NCBI GenBank assembly: GCA_046290225.1
Contig: JBKAGE010000038.1
Span: 160,001-224,000 of the forward strand
Source: Bradymonadia bacterium
GTDB lineage: Bacteria > Myxococcota_A > Bradymonadia > UBA7976 > UBA1532
DNA length: 64,000 nucleotides
Reading direction: 5' to 3'
The notes below the pieces were generated by a model. The model ran no database searches. It had not been told where the DNA came from and saw nothing but the letters and a program-made list of their open reading frames with translations. Position 1 is the first letter of the stretch, and every line of letters begins with the position of its first letter. The translations under genes were made by a program, and so were the position numbers. Of the stretch, positions 1-8,892 are shown one piece after another.

Positions 1-2385
1 CCGGGCGCAGTTGCCGAAGCCCTCTGCGAAGGCATCACCGTTGAGGAGCGAACCCCCGGCGCACTCAATGGCGCAGGCGTCCTCATCCGCGAAGATCGCC
101 TCTTCCCCGGGACCGACGAGGCCCTCACAGGCAGCGATCTCTGCACAGGCGCCCACACATGCCGGATCGATTTGCGGATCCTCAGCCAGGCAGAGGCCGA
201 TGTCGTCACAGGCCGCCCGGTTTGCGCAGGCAGCGTTGATGGGCGTCCCTGCAGGCTCGGGGATGCAGTCGCGCTCGCACAGGAAGGCGTCGAAAGCCGG
301 ATCGCAGACATTCTGCGCGCCACAGAGGCTCTGACACGCGGGGCTCGCCGGCTCCACCTCGATGCCATTGCACTCCGCAACAGCGCCGCAGCCCGCCTGA
401 CGGCGGGTGGCGCCGAGCGTGCACGACACCTCGTCGACGTTCGTCTCCGCCTCGAGCGCCATGCCGCAACTTGCCACGCACGACTCCACGTCACCGCCCT
501 CCTCGATCAAGCGGCAGCGATCCATCTCAGCGCAGTACGGATCGCACAGCGTCGTCACATCAGCGCCGTCCACACAGGCCGTCACCGCTTCGCAGGTCTC
601 CTCGGCACCCTGCAGACAGGCCTCCGCCGCAGCAAAGGTGAGGCCTTCGACGCCAGGGAGCCCCGCACCACAGGACTGCACACAGCTCACCATCGCAGCC
701 TCGTCGCCGCCCTCGCAGGCCACAGTGGCCTCGCACCAGCGCAGGCAAGCCAGGCCTCCCCCGAGCTCACCATCCTCGCAGGTGGCGCGCTCGTCGCATC
801 GATCAGTGGCGGCGGCACACGCCAGCCGCTCCAAGTAGGACTCGGGCCGGGCGAAGGTGGCATCGTCACAGGCCGCCTGACAGTCAGCGCCACCGAGATC
901 ACAGGCCTCGAGCAAAGTGCACAAGGGCGTGCAGTCCGGCGCCGGAGGGGTCTCGCACAGCGGCAGCTGGTCACAGCCTGCAGCAGCGGAAGCGCACAGG
1001 CGGGCAGCCCGAGCCCGATCGGTGAGGAACAGAGCCTCGCAGCTCGCCTGACAGGTGGCTGCGTCGGGGTACTGGCCCAGAGCCTCACACTCATCCAAAC
1101 GACCACAATATGACTCGCAGGTCGCCATAGGCTCTGCAGCGGCCTGACAGGCTTCGATGGCCGGGCACGTGGCGCCACCCGCGCACTCGATGAGGGGGAG
1201 CCAGGAAGCCGCCTGGGCCGCCTCGCCGCTCGCCAGGGCTCCGTCACAGAGTTGCTGGCACCCGAAGGCATCCTGGCCCTCGGGGAGCAGGCCGCACAGC
1301 TCGCTCACCTCGCAGTGCGCCCGACAGCCCCCGGGGGGCGCCGGTGCCGGTGCGAAGCAGGCATAGAGAGGTGATTCGCAGCTGTCCTCCAGAGAGGATA
1401 CGAGACAATCGGCGGCCTCCTCTGATACAGCGGCGAGGGTCTCCGCAGCAGGGATGTCACACGGCTCGCCGAAGAACCCGCAGGCCTCGTCGGCACCGCA
1501 GATCGCCGCCACCGCCTCAGGATCAGTGGCGCCGCCCGCTTGAAGGGCGATGCAGCTCTGGAGCGCCTCACAGTTCCCCGCGAGGTTGTCGAAGCAGCCG
1601 ATGCGTTGGTTCACGCGCAGTTGCACCACCGGATCGGCGTCGCCCTGAGCAGTGGCACACTGAATAGCGCACTCGATCGGATCGAAGTCGGGATCCGCGC
1701 TGCACTGGGACTCGGCGTCACACATGCGCAGGCAGTCCGCCGCGCGATCCTCGAGCATGCATCGGGCAAAGCCCAGCTCATCACATACACCCTGACGCAC
1801 CAGTGCTTCGCCGCAGATGCCCATCCGGAGCTCCACCACGCGCACCTCGCAGCCTTGGGCGCAGCTCTCCACATCGGGGAGCGCCGTGGGCAGACGGAAG
1901 TCTTCCTCGCAGCCGTCGATGGCGGTGCACACCTCGTCACAGGCCGGTGGGGGCGCCTCGGGGATCGGACACTGGTCGAGGCGGCCACAGGCCTCGAGCT
2001 CCACACAGCTCAACCACCCCTGGAACCGGGGCCCCTCGCTGGCGAGGGCGCAGGCTTCGGCGCACGACTCTGCGGAGCCACCGGCGAGATCGAGCCGATC
2101 GCACTCTCCGAGCACCTCACAGGCATCAACACAGTTCTCCACCGGGCGACGGCGAGGCTCCATGTCGGGGAGCGAGGCATCGCTCATCTCACCGCCGGCG
2201 CCGCCCACTTCACCACCGGCGCCGCCCACCTCGCCGCCAGCGCCGCCCATTTCGCCGCCAGCGCCGCCCATCACCATGGCGTCATTGGAGCGCATGCGGT
2301 TTGCATCAGGGGTGTCGGAGCCACCTCCGTCATCGCAGCCAGCGATGCTGAGGGCAGAGACAACAATGGTGAGCCAGGTCTTCAT
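1..2385 (-). CDS. Large Cys-rich repeat lipoprotein (3'-truncated by window edge; absent from ORF track)
   Basis: Read manually. ATG at 2385 follows GGAG. MKTWLTIVVSALSIAGC is a lipobox, followed by GGAGGE repeats and many C-xx-(A/V)C-x(4-5)-C units (ENCVDACEVLGEC, ACDEVCTAIDGC). Spot checks show the frame open to base 1. Confidence 0.85.
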   Translation of the reverse strand, partial: MKTWLTIVVSALSIAGCDDGGGSDTPDANRMRSNDAMVMGGAGGEMGGAGGEVGGAGGEVGGAGGEMSDASLPDMEPRRRPVENCVDACEVLGECDRLDLAGGSAESCAEACALASEGPRFQGWLSCVELEACGRLDQCPIPEAPPPACDEVCTAIDGCEEDFRLPTALPDVESCAQGCEVRVVELRMGICGEALVRQGVCDELGFARCMLEDRAADCLRMCDAESQCSADPDFDPIECAIQCATAQGDADPVVQLRVNQRIGCFDNLAGNCEALQSCIALQAGGATDPEAVAAICGADEACGFFGEPCDIPAAETLAAVSEEAADCLVSSLEDSCESPLYACFAPAPAPPGGCRAHCEVSELCGLLPEGQDAFGCQQLCDGALASGEAAQAASWLPLIECAGGATCPAIEACQAAAEPMATCESYCGRLDECEALGQYPDAATCQASCEALFLTDRARAARLCASAAAGCDQLPLCETPPAPDCTPLCTLLEACDLGGADCQAACDDATFARPESYLERLACAAATDRCDERATCEDGELGGGLACLRWCEATVACEGGDEAAMVSCVQSCGAGLPGVEGLTFAAAEACLQGAEETCEAVTACVDGADVTTLCDPYCAEMDRCRLIEEGGDVESCVASCGMALEAETNVDEVSCTLGATRRQAGCGAVAECNGIEVEPASPACQSLCGAQNVCDPAFDAFLCERDCIPEPAGTPINAACANRAACDDIGLCLAEDPQIDPACVGACAEIAACEGLVGPGEEAIFADEDACAIECAGGSLLNGDAFAEGFGNCAR
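2187..2272 (-). repeat. 21-bp tandem repeat encoding GGAGGE(M/V) x4 linker
   Basis: Repeated units like caccgccggcgccgcccactt / cgccgccagcgccgcccat. Confidence 0.85.
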
Positions 2386-2458
2386 GAGGGCGTCTCCCGG
2401 ATCTGATGAGGCCGCGCAAGATACAGCGTGGGCTCAGATCGGAGCAAGAGGGCCCAGG

Positions 2459-3655
2459 TCAGCTTTCTCGGATGATCAGCTCTGTGCGGTGAATCAGCTG
2501 GTCGACGGCGGTGGGATCGAGGTGCTCCCACGCGAGAAACAGCAGAAATTGCAGGTACTCGTGCAGGCCATCCCTCAAGCGACCCTCGGGATCCGGCGGG
2601 TCGAGTTGCTTGAGATGACTCACGAGGGGTGCCAACGGAAGACGTGCCTCTGCCCCTGGGTGCACATCGGCGAACAGAATGGCGTCCTCGCCTGAGCAGC
2701 CTTCGAAGAACGAGCTGCTCACCCGAGCGAGCTCGTCGGGAGAGATGTGGTTGAGGAAGTGCCGTCCCACCTCACCGTAGGCTTGGTTGTAGCGGGCCAC
2801 CAGCGCCATGAGCCCCTCAAGCACATCGGCGCTCCAGCTCACTGCAGGTGCCTGAGCCTCGCCCACGGCGAGGACCCCCGTTTTAAGCAGGTGTTGCACC
2901 GCTCGGAGCACCCGCAGCTCACCGAGGCCTGTCACCTGCACCAGATCCGTGAGGGTGCGGCGGTTGTCTACCGAAGCCAGAAGCCGCCCTTCGATCTGCG
3001 CAGTCTCCGGGCTCGCCGGTGTGTGAGGTGTGTCGGTGAGCATCAGGGGCCTGAGCGCGTCTGGCAACGAGGTGCGCAGATGGGCCAGCTCGTCCTGGCG
3101 CCGGAGTACGTCGAGCAGCAACTGCTGAGTGCCCATGGGGTTCAGATTGGGCAACAACGCCGCCTCGAAGCGCTGCACGAGGAACCGCCCCGACTTCACC
3201 TCCACCATCGATGCGAGGATCTCTTCAGTCTGAGCCCGCATGGCCGCCCACAACTGTTTGGGCGTGATGTGTCCTTCGGCGATGAGGATGTTGCCGATCT
3301 TGTTGCCCTCGCCCGATTGCCTGAGGAGCTCGGCGAGCTGTTCGGCGCTGATCAGCCCCATTCGAAACACCACATGCCCAAGACGATCACCAGGCAGGTT
3401 GCTGCTGGCTGCGATGATGTCGCCCTTGCGCAGGTAGATGGTGCGACGCGTGTGCGCCTCGATGACGTCGAACCCTGCGGTGCGCCCTCCGTTCGAGAGA
3501 AAGGTCAGCAGATCGATGACCATACTCTCGTCTTCGATCACCCCGCTCATCAGCACCCGCCCCGACGTGGCGCTCTGGCCACGGGGCTTCTCGGGCTCTG
3601 TCTGCCGTGGGGCAGTCTTGATCGTCGGATTGTCCGAGGCGCGCTCAGCGCTCAT
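2459..3655 (-). CDS. DUF4388 (PatA-N-like) domain protein
   Basis: DLLTFLSNGGRTAGFDV...IYLRKGDIIAASSN..DRLGHVV..GLIS...IGNIL..GHIT...LLLDVLRRQDE pattern. Likely start MSAERAS at 3655 after GAGGTG. Confidence 0.75.
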   Translation of the reverse strand: MSAERASDNPTIKTAPRQTEPEKPRGQSATSGRVLMSGVIEDESMVIDLLTFLSNGGRTAGFDVIEAHTRRTIYLRKGDIIAASSNLPGDRLGHVVFRMGLISAEQLAELLRQSGEGNKIGNILIAEGHITPKQLWAAMRAQTEEILASMVEVKSGRFLVQRFEAALLPNLNPMGTQQLLLDVLRRQDELAHLRTSLPDALRPLMLTDTPHTPASPETAQIEGRLLASVDNRRTLTDLVQVTGLGELRVLRAVQHLLKTGVLAVGEAQAPAVSWSADVLEGLMALVARYNQAYGEVGRHFLNHISPDELARVSSSFFEGCSGEDAILFADVHPGAEARLPLAPLVSHLKQLDPPDPEGRLRDGLHEYLQFLLFLAWEHLDPTAVDQLIHRTELIIRES

Positions 3656-3825
3656 AACGTCACCACCTCGTCGGTGCTTCACCTTGTACATTCGGCATCT
3701 CGAGACCATGGAGTGAGCATGTGGTCACCCCCGGGTCCATGAGGCCCCTCAGCGGGCGAAAGTGTCCCGAGTTGGAACGCGCCACAGGCAAAAAGGGTGT
3801 TTGAGTCATGAAAAAACGCATCTGC

Positions 3826-3834
3826 TGATATAGT
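3826..3834 (+). promoter_or_regulatory. Extended -10 element (TGnTATAGT) 6 nt upstream of ATG, suggesting a leaderless transcript
   Basis: tgATATAGTcccccc-ATG(3841), with no Shine-Dalgarno. Confidence 0.5.
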
Positions 3835-3840
3835 CCCCCC

Positions 3841-5277
3841 ATGTCCGTTCATCGCCCTACCGGAAGCGCCCCCATCCAGGACACTCTCGAGCTCACCTGG
3901 ACCGAGCGCCCCAAGCACGCCGAGCACGACGGCCCGCCCATCCCTGGGGTGGTCATGGTGAGCCACGCTGGCGAACCCGTCTTTGCCGGCGCCCCTCTCG
4001 TCAACGGCCGCCTCACCCTCGGCCGTGGTGATCGCGTGGGGCAGTTTCTCATCGAAGATGGCTGGATCTCTCGCCAGCACGCCGAGATCGAGCTCACCCC
4101 TGCCGGCTGGCAGGTGGCCGACGTCGGCAGCAGGAATGGCAGCGCCATCGACGGCATCACGCTCCAAGGCGAGCGACGCCTCATCGAGCACCCGAGGGTG
4201 ATCCGGCTCGGGAACAGCCTGTTCCTCGCCCGGCGCGACATCCGGCCCTACCTGCTCAGCCCGCCCTCGATCCGCCACGGCATCATCATGGGCCCCAAGC
4301 TGCAGAAGACCTGGAGCGAGATCGCCCGGGCTGCCCACTTCGGCAGCACCTTGCACATCACCGGTGAGTCGGGCGCAGGCAAGGAGCTCGCCTCCAGGGC
4401 GTTCCACGATCAGGGGCCTCGGCACAGCGGGCCCTTCATCGCCGTGAACTGCGCCACCATCCCCCCCAACCTCGCCGAGCGACTGCTCTTCGGCGCCAAG
4501 AAGGGGGCGTACTCCGGTGCCGACGCCGACGCCAAGGGCTATGTGAACGAAGCCCACAAAGGCACGCTGTTCCTCGACGAGGTGGCCGAGCTCGACCTCA
4601 CGGTCCAGGCCAAGCTGCTGCGCGTGCTCGAGAACCGCGAGGTCACCCCCCTCGGCGCCGCCCGGGCCCAGCCGGTCGATCTGCACATCTGCTCTGCCAC
4701 CCACCGCAACCTTCGAGATGCGGTCTCTGACGGGAAGCTGCGTGAAGACCTCTACTTCCGGCTGTCTCAGCCTCACGTGGAGCTGCCGCCGCTGCGCAGC
4801 CGGCCCGAGGAGATCCCGATGCTCGTCGATCGGGCAGTGCGTCGGGTCCTCGATGAAGCCATCAAGCGTGGCAGCCCCAGCGACGTCACCGTGAAGGCAC
4901 ACGTCTCTCTGGTGGAGACCTGCATGTTGCGCCACTGGCCCGGCAACGTGAGAGAGCTGATGGCCGAGGTGGCCGCAGCGGTGCAGACCGCGGTCACTCA
5001 GGGCAGCGAAGAGGTGGAGGGTCGGCACCTGCGGGAGCGGGCCGGCACCGCCTTCGAGTCGGGCAGCTTCACCGCCGGTAGTGCCCTGCCCGTCGCCGAG
5101 ACGCCCACACCAGCGCCCGCAGGCGGCCAGAAGCAGCAGTTCACTCAAGAGCAAATCGAGGCGGTGTTGCGAGAAGAGCGCGGCAACGTCTCCCGCTCTG
5201 CCCGGCGGCTGGGCCTGCACCGCACACAGCTGCGGCGGATCATCGATCGCTACGAGATCGACCCCAAGGCCCTGTAG
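3841..5277 (+). CDS. FHA-domain sigma54-dependent enhancer-binding protein (Fis-type HTH)
   Basis: FHA motifs GR..ISRQHA..DVGSRNG. Walker A GESGAGKE, GAYSGA loop, LFLDEV, REDLYFRL, WPGNVREL. C-terminal GNVSRSARRLGLHRTQL. Confidence 0.95.
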   Translation: MSVHRPTGSAPIQDTLELTWTERPKHAEHDGPPIPGVVMVSHAGEPVFAGAPLVNGRLTLGRGDRVGQFLIEDGWISRQHAEIELTPAGWQVADVGSRNGSAIDGITLQGERRLIEHPRVIRLGNSLFLARRDIRPYLLSPPSIRHGIIMGPKLQKTWSEIARAAHFGSTLHITGESGAGKELASRAFHDQGPRHSGPFIAVNCATIPPNLAERLLFGAKKGAYSGADADAKGYVNEAHKGTLFLDEVAELDLTVQAKLLRVLENREVTPLGAARAQPVDLHICSATHRNLRDAVSDGKLREDLYFRLSQPHVELPPLRSRPEEIPMLVDRAVRRVLDEAIKRGSPSDVTVKAHVSLVETCMLRHWPGNVRELMAEVAAAVQTAVTQGSEEVEGRHLRERAGTAFESGSFTAGSALPVAETPTPAPAGGQKQQFTQEQIEAVLREERGNVSRSARRLGLHRTQLRRIIDRYEIDPKAL

Positions 5278-5301
5278 GGGCGCCGGCAACAGCCACTGGG
5301 C

Positions 5302-8259
5302 TCAAGGCGCCTCACCGCCTGCCCACCTGATCTGAACCCGCAACCCCTGGTGCTTGCCCTCTCCCTCGAAGGCGATGCCGCCGAAGGCCCAGAGCAGACT
5401 GCTGAGGGCTCTTGTCGTCTCGCTGTCGCCTCCAGGCTTCGCCGGCCAGCGGGGCTGAGCGGGTGATCCATAGAGCGTGTGGGTGACCACACCGGCGTCG
5501 TCGATCTGCCATGGATCTTTCGCGCCATCTCCCCACCCTTGAGGCACCGCGCCGAGCCAGTGACCTGCGAGGGCCACCCGGTCCTCTGGCTGCTTGGGAA
5601 GAGGCCCCATCCAACTCAAGGTGTCGATCAGGTACCAGTCTCCGAAGACGCGCCGTCGCCGGCTGGCTTCGTGAGTGGCGTAGAGGGTGGGTAGGAGCTG
5701 ACCATTCGGCCGAGGCCTCAGGTTGAGGGCCGACTGCACTGCAGGCACCCCAGGCAGCTCGGTGCGAGCCTTCTTGCTCAGGCGATCCACCATCCCCTCC
5801 ACCACTGCACGGTTGAGCGAGATCACGAAGACGTCGTCGATGATGGCGTAGTACAGCGAGAACGTGCCGAAGAAGCCGCCGGTCTCGGCGATCTCCACAA
5901 TCTCGACCCCGTTGTACTGGCCCACAGGGGCCCACCGCAGCCTCATCCCGACACCACTCACCCTGTTCTGAAGTGTGGTGAGCGTCGCCGCGAGGGCCAC
6001 TGCGCTCTTCACGTGCACCATGGCGTAGACCGGCAAGTCCCGAATGACGTTGTCGTCTTCTCCCCGGTCGTCGTATCGGGTCTCAGATGCACTCAGCTCA
6101 CCGGTCCTGAGCACGAGGTTCCAGAGCTCGGCGGTATCGGGGGCGCCGACGGCCACCCAATCCCCCACCCAGCCGAGGCCCGCCTCACCGATGAGGCCCG
6201 AGCCCTTGGCGACGCTGTCGAGCTCGCGACGCAGCTTCGACTGCTGGCCCACGGCGAGGGTCCAGTGCAAGCCGTCGCCGAGGTTGGGCACCTTCACCGT
6301 GGTCTTGCCTACCGTCTCGATGATCTCGTCGTACTCCGAAGAGTCGATGAGCGGGAGCACGCGTACGTCGAGGGAGAGCAGACCGCCTGACTGCGTAATC
6401 TGGACCGCCACCGGATCGATGAACTGCCGCCAGTACTCCTGATAGGTCTCCCGAAAACGATCGTATGCCGCTTTCTCGCTCGGCGTGATGAGGTCGATCT
6501 TCTGCTCGATGAACGGTGTCATGCTGCTCAGATCACCCCACGCCGACCGAGGCCCGGCGTCGGTGAGCGTGATCTTCCCACCGTCGCTGTGCTGGCCGCC
6601 ATTCGTCGGCAACAGCCCCATATCGACCAGATGCTGAATCGACGGCGGCTTCCGGCCTTCGAGCCAGTGATGCACGACAGTGGCGTAGCCCACGGCCCGC
6701 AGCTCAGCCTGCGCCTTCATCCGGCGCGCTTGGAGCACCTTCACCTGGGGGCTCACCACGTGAGCCACGAAGGCGTCGCCGAGGAAGACGAAGCCCGCCT
6801 CTCCGGCCTTCGCGGGGTACAGGGCCCGCATGTACTGAAAGTCACCTGCCTGTGCGAGGCTGGGCACGCCCGCCTGACCAGCCTTCAGAATATGCGTCAG
6901 CGCTGCGGCGCTGTTCGAGACGATGATCACACCATCGACCTTGACGAAGTACTGACCCACGACGCCGTCGCTGCTCGAGGTGTGACGCACCTGGTGCCCC
7001 ACGAGAGAGATGGTCTCGCGCTTCAGAGGTCCGTGCTTCGCCTCAGCCCGTCGCTCGAAGCCCTTGAAGGCGGTCATGAGCAACGCCTCCCCTTTCACCT
7101 CGAACAAGATCGACAGATCAGAGCCTTCTCTCAGGAACGGATCGCTCATCACCAGGGCCATGGAAGACGCCGCCTGAGGCCCCAGAATCTTCGACAGCTC
7201 GGTCCGCTGCAGCATGAGCTGTTGTTGGTAACGTGCGCTGATGCCTGCCCTGCCGGCCTGACGCTCAAAGGCGGAGAACACCGGGGCGAGCTGCGCTTCC
7301 ATCGTGTCCATCAGCTCGGCGAAGGCTTTGGGATCGTCGAAGTGGGCGTAGAGCATGTCCGCGGGCACACGCTGAGCCAGCGGCTCGATCACAGGCTTCG
7401 TCTTCAGCTCGGCGATCATCTCCGGCCATGGGTGAGCGGCGAGCGGGACCGGCACTACGTTGCTCAACGACACCGTGGGTGTCTCGTTGGTGGTGACACC
7501 CAGAGCGCGATCTATCTGCAACGCCTCTTCGATGGAGGTCATCCCGGTGTAGAGCGACATGGCCTCGCTGATCTCACCTCGCCGACGACGTCGACGATCC
7601 AGCTCGACCGGGCCCTGGTCAGAGACCCCTTTGGCGATCCGCTCGAACCGTCGGGCGACATAGGGGTTGAGCAGGCTCCCGGAGCGCTCCGCCCCGAACC
7701 AGTGTGCGGCGCTCCGGTAGAACGCTGCGTGCAGCGCATCGCCGGGCTGGGGCGGCTCTGCTGGCGGGATGGTGACGGTGTGCACGATCCCGTTGCCCTT
7801 CCTCTGACTCAGAGTCACCTCGATCTCGAGCGGCCGACTCAGCGGGTGGGCGTCGACCAGCCGGACCACGGCGAGGCCAGCCTCGGGCATCCCCCCTTGG
7901 GCGAGAGGAACCGCCACCCCATGGCGAGGGCCTTTGATTTTGGCGCTGACGAAGGTCAACCCGTTGGGAATGGGCGCCCGCACCTTCAAGAACAGACGCC
8001 CGTCCTGCACATGTTGTGCGAGGAGAGTGCCGGCGATGGGCTCGCCTTTCTCGAGCGTAAACGCCGTTGACTTCCGCGGCCTCGCCTCAGCCTTGCCCAC
8101 AGCTGGGCCCAGGGCAGGCAGCTCGGCCTTCTGAGGTGCTCGGGTGACCTCAGCCCCATCGGCCTGTCCCTGGCTCTTGACCTGCCCCGACTCGGGGTTG
8201 CAGGCCCCCAGGGCACACAGAAGGAAGAGGCTTGACGATCTCCACAGGGTTTTGCGCAT
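5302..8259 (-). CDS. Large hypothetical lipoprotein (985 aa)
   Basis: Lipobox LLCALGAC. Long ORF with typical codon bias and AAAGG upstream. No recognisable catalytic motif. Confidence 0.8.
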   Translation of the reverse strand: MRKTLWRSSSLFLLCALGACNPESGQVKSQGQADGAEVTRAPQKAELPALGPAVGKAEARPRKSTAFTLEKGEPIAGTLLAQHVQDGRLFLKVRAPIPNGLTFVSAKIKGPRHGVAVPLAQGGMPEAGLAVVRLVDAHPLSRPLEIEVTLSQRKGNGIVHTVTIPPAEPPQPGDALHAAFYRSAAHWFGAERSGSLLNPYVARRFERIAKGVSDQGPVELDRRRRRRGEISEAMSLYTGMTSIEEALQIDRALGVTTNETPTVSLSNVVPVPLAAHPWPEMIAELKTKPVIEPLAQRVPADMLYAHFDDPKAFAELMDTMEAQLAPVFSAFERQAGRAGISARYQQQLMLQRTELSKILGPQAASSMALVMSDPFLREGSDLSILFEVKGEALLMTAFKGFERRAEAKHGPLKRETISLVGHQVRHTSSSDGVVGQYFVKVDGVIIVSNSAAALTHILKAGQAGVPSLAQAGDFQYMRALYPAKAGEAGFVFLGDAFVAHVVSPQVKVLQARRMKAQAELRAVGYATVVHHWLEGRKPPSIQHLVDMGLLPTNGGQHSDGGKITLTDAGPRSAWGDLSSMTPFIEQKIDLITPSEKAAYDRFRETYQEYWRQFIDPVAVQITQSGGLLSLDVRVLPLIDSSEYDEIIETVGKTTVKVPNLGDGLHWTLAVGQQSKLRRELDSVAKGSGLIGEAGLGWVGDWVAVGAPDTAELWNLVLRTGELSASETRYDDRGEDDNVIRDLPVYAMVHVKSAVALAATLTTLQNRVSGVGMRLRWAPVGQYNGVEIVEIAETGGFFGTFSLYYAIIDDVFVISLNRAVVEGMVDRLSKKARTELPGVPAVQSALNLRPRPNGQLLPTLYATHEASRRRRVFGDWYLIDTLSWMGPLPKQPEDRVALAGHWLGAVPQGWGDGAKDPWQIDDAGVVTHTLYGSPAQPRWPAKPGGDSETTRALSSLLWAFGGIAFEGEGKHQGLRVQIRWAGGEAP

Positions 8260-8609
8260 GGTTGACCTTTCGATGCGGGTGGCTCGACTCGACTGGCGAC
8301 ACCACTCCGCAAGAGGCGAGCCAAATCTCCGAACGCGGCCTTGAATGGGGTCGTACAGGTGCTCTTATACACCCAATGCACAGCGCTGCTGAGTTCACGT
8401 ACACAAGCCAGAGAACTCGTGCTCGCTCAGGGTGTCGAATCGGGGGAACAACGGGGGAAAGCATGGTGGCGCTCGACCATTCACGCCTGAGCTATGGGGC
8501 GCTCTTCACACTCATAGCTTGCTTCTGTGCACAAAGCTGCGAATCACCTGACCCAGCACCTGCGCAGGATATGTCGCATCACGACACCCACACGCGGCGA
8601 TCCCGTATT

Positions 8610-8772
8610 TAGAGCAGTATAAGGAAGGAACTGATACGGCAGGCGAAGAACATCGGCGAGAGGCCACGCGAAGAAAGCGCAGGTGATGCCAAAGCATTGT
8701 CGAGCATTTCTGAGCTTGGGATCTCGTCGATGGGCGAGCTTGGTGTGTCAGTTCCTTCCTTATACTGCTCTA
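8610..8772. mobile_element. MITE-like element: 159 bp between TA dinucleotides with perfect terminal inverted repeats
   Basis: TAGAGCAGTATAAGGAAGGAACTGA (8610-8634) is the exact reverse complement of TCAGTTCCTTCCTTATACTGCTCTA (8748-8772). No transposase inside. Confidence 0.75.
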
Positions 8773-8892
8773 GATCCAGACTTAAACCCGCGAACCTCTC
8801 GCTCTCACTGCTGTCCAACGCATGTTGGGCAGCATCTGTGGGCGGCACCTCGACTCACAGGTCATCACCTCATTCTCGATGGAGCCGAGCCC

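Noticed and set aside
172..2406. Long plus-strand ORFs 172-1113 and 1540-2406
   Set aside because: Antisense shadows of the minus-strand Cys-rich lipoprotein. No RBS or motifs.
8368..8378. 11-mer TACACCCAATG shared with 40780-40790
   Set aside because: A match of this length between intergenic regions is expected by chance, and there is no further similarity
8232..8848. Short ORFs 8232/8464-8612 (+), 8609-8848 (-) and the 8683 extended start
   Set aside because: They overlap or end in the MITE and have poor codon bias. The downstream gene has a better start at 8893 with GGAG. A small peptide at 8464-8612 cannot be excluded.
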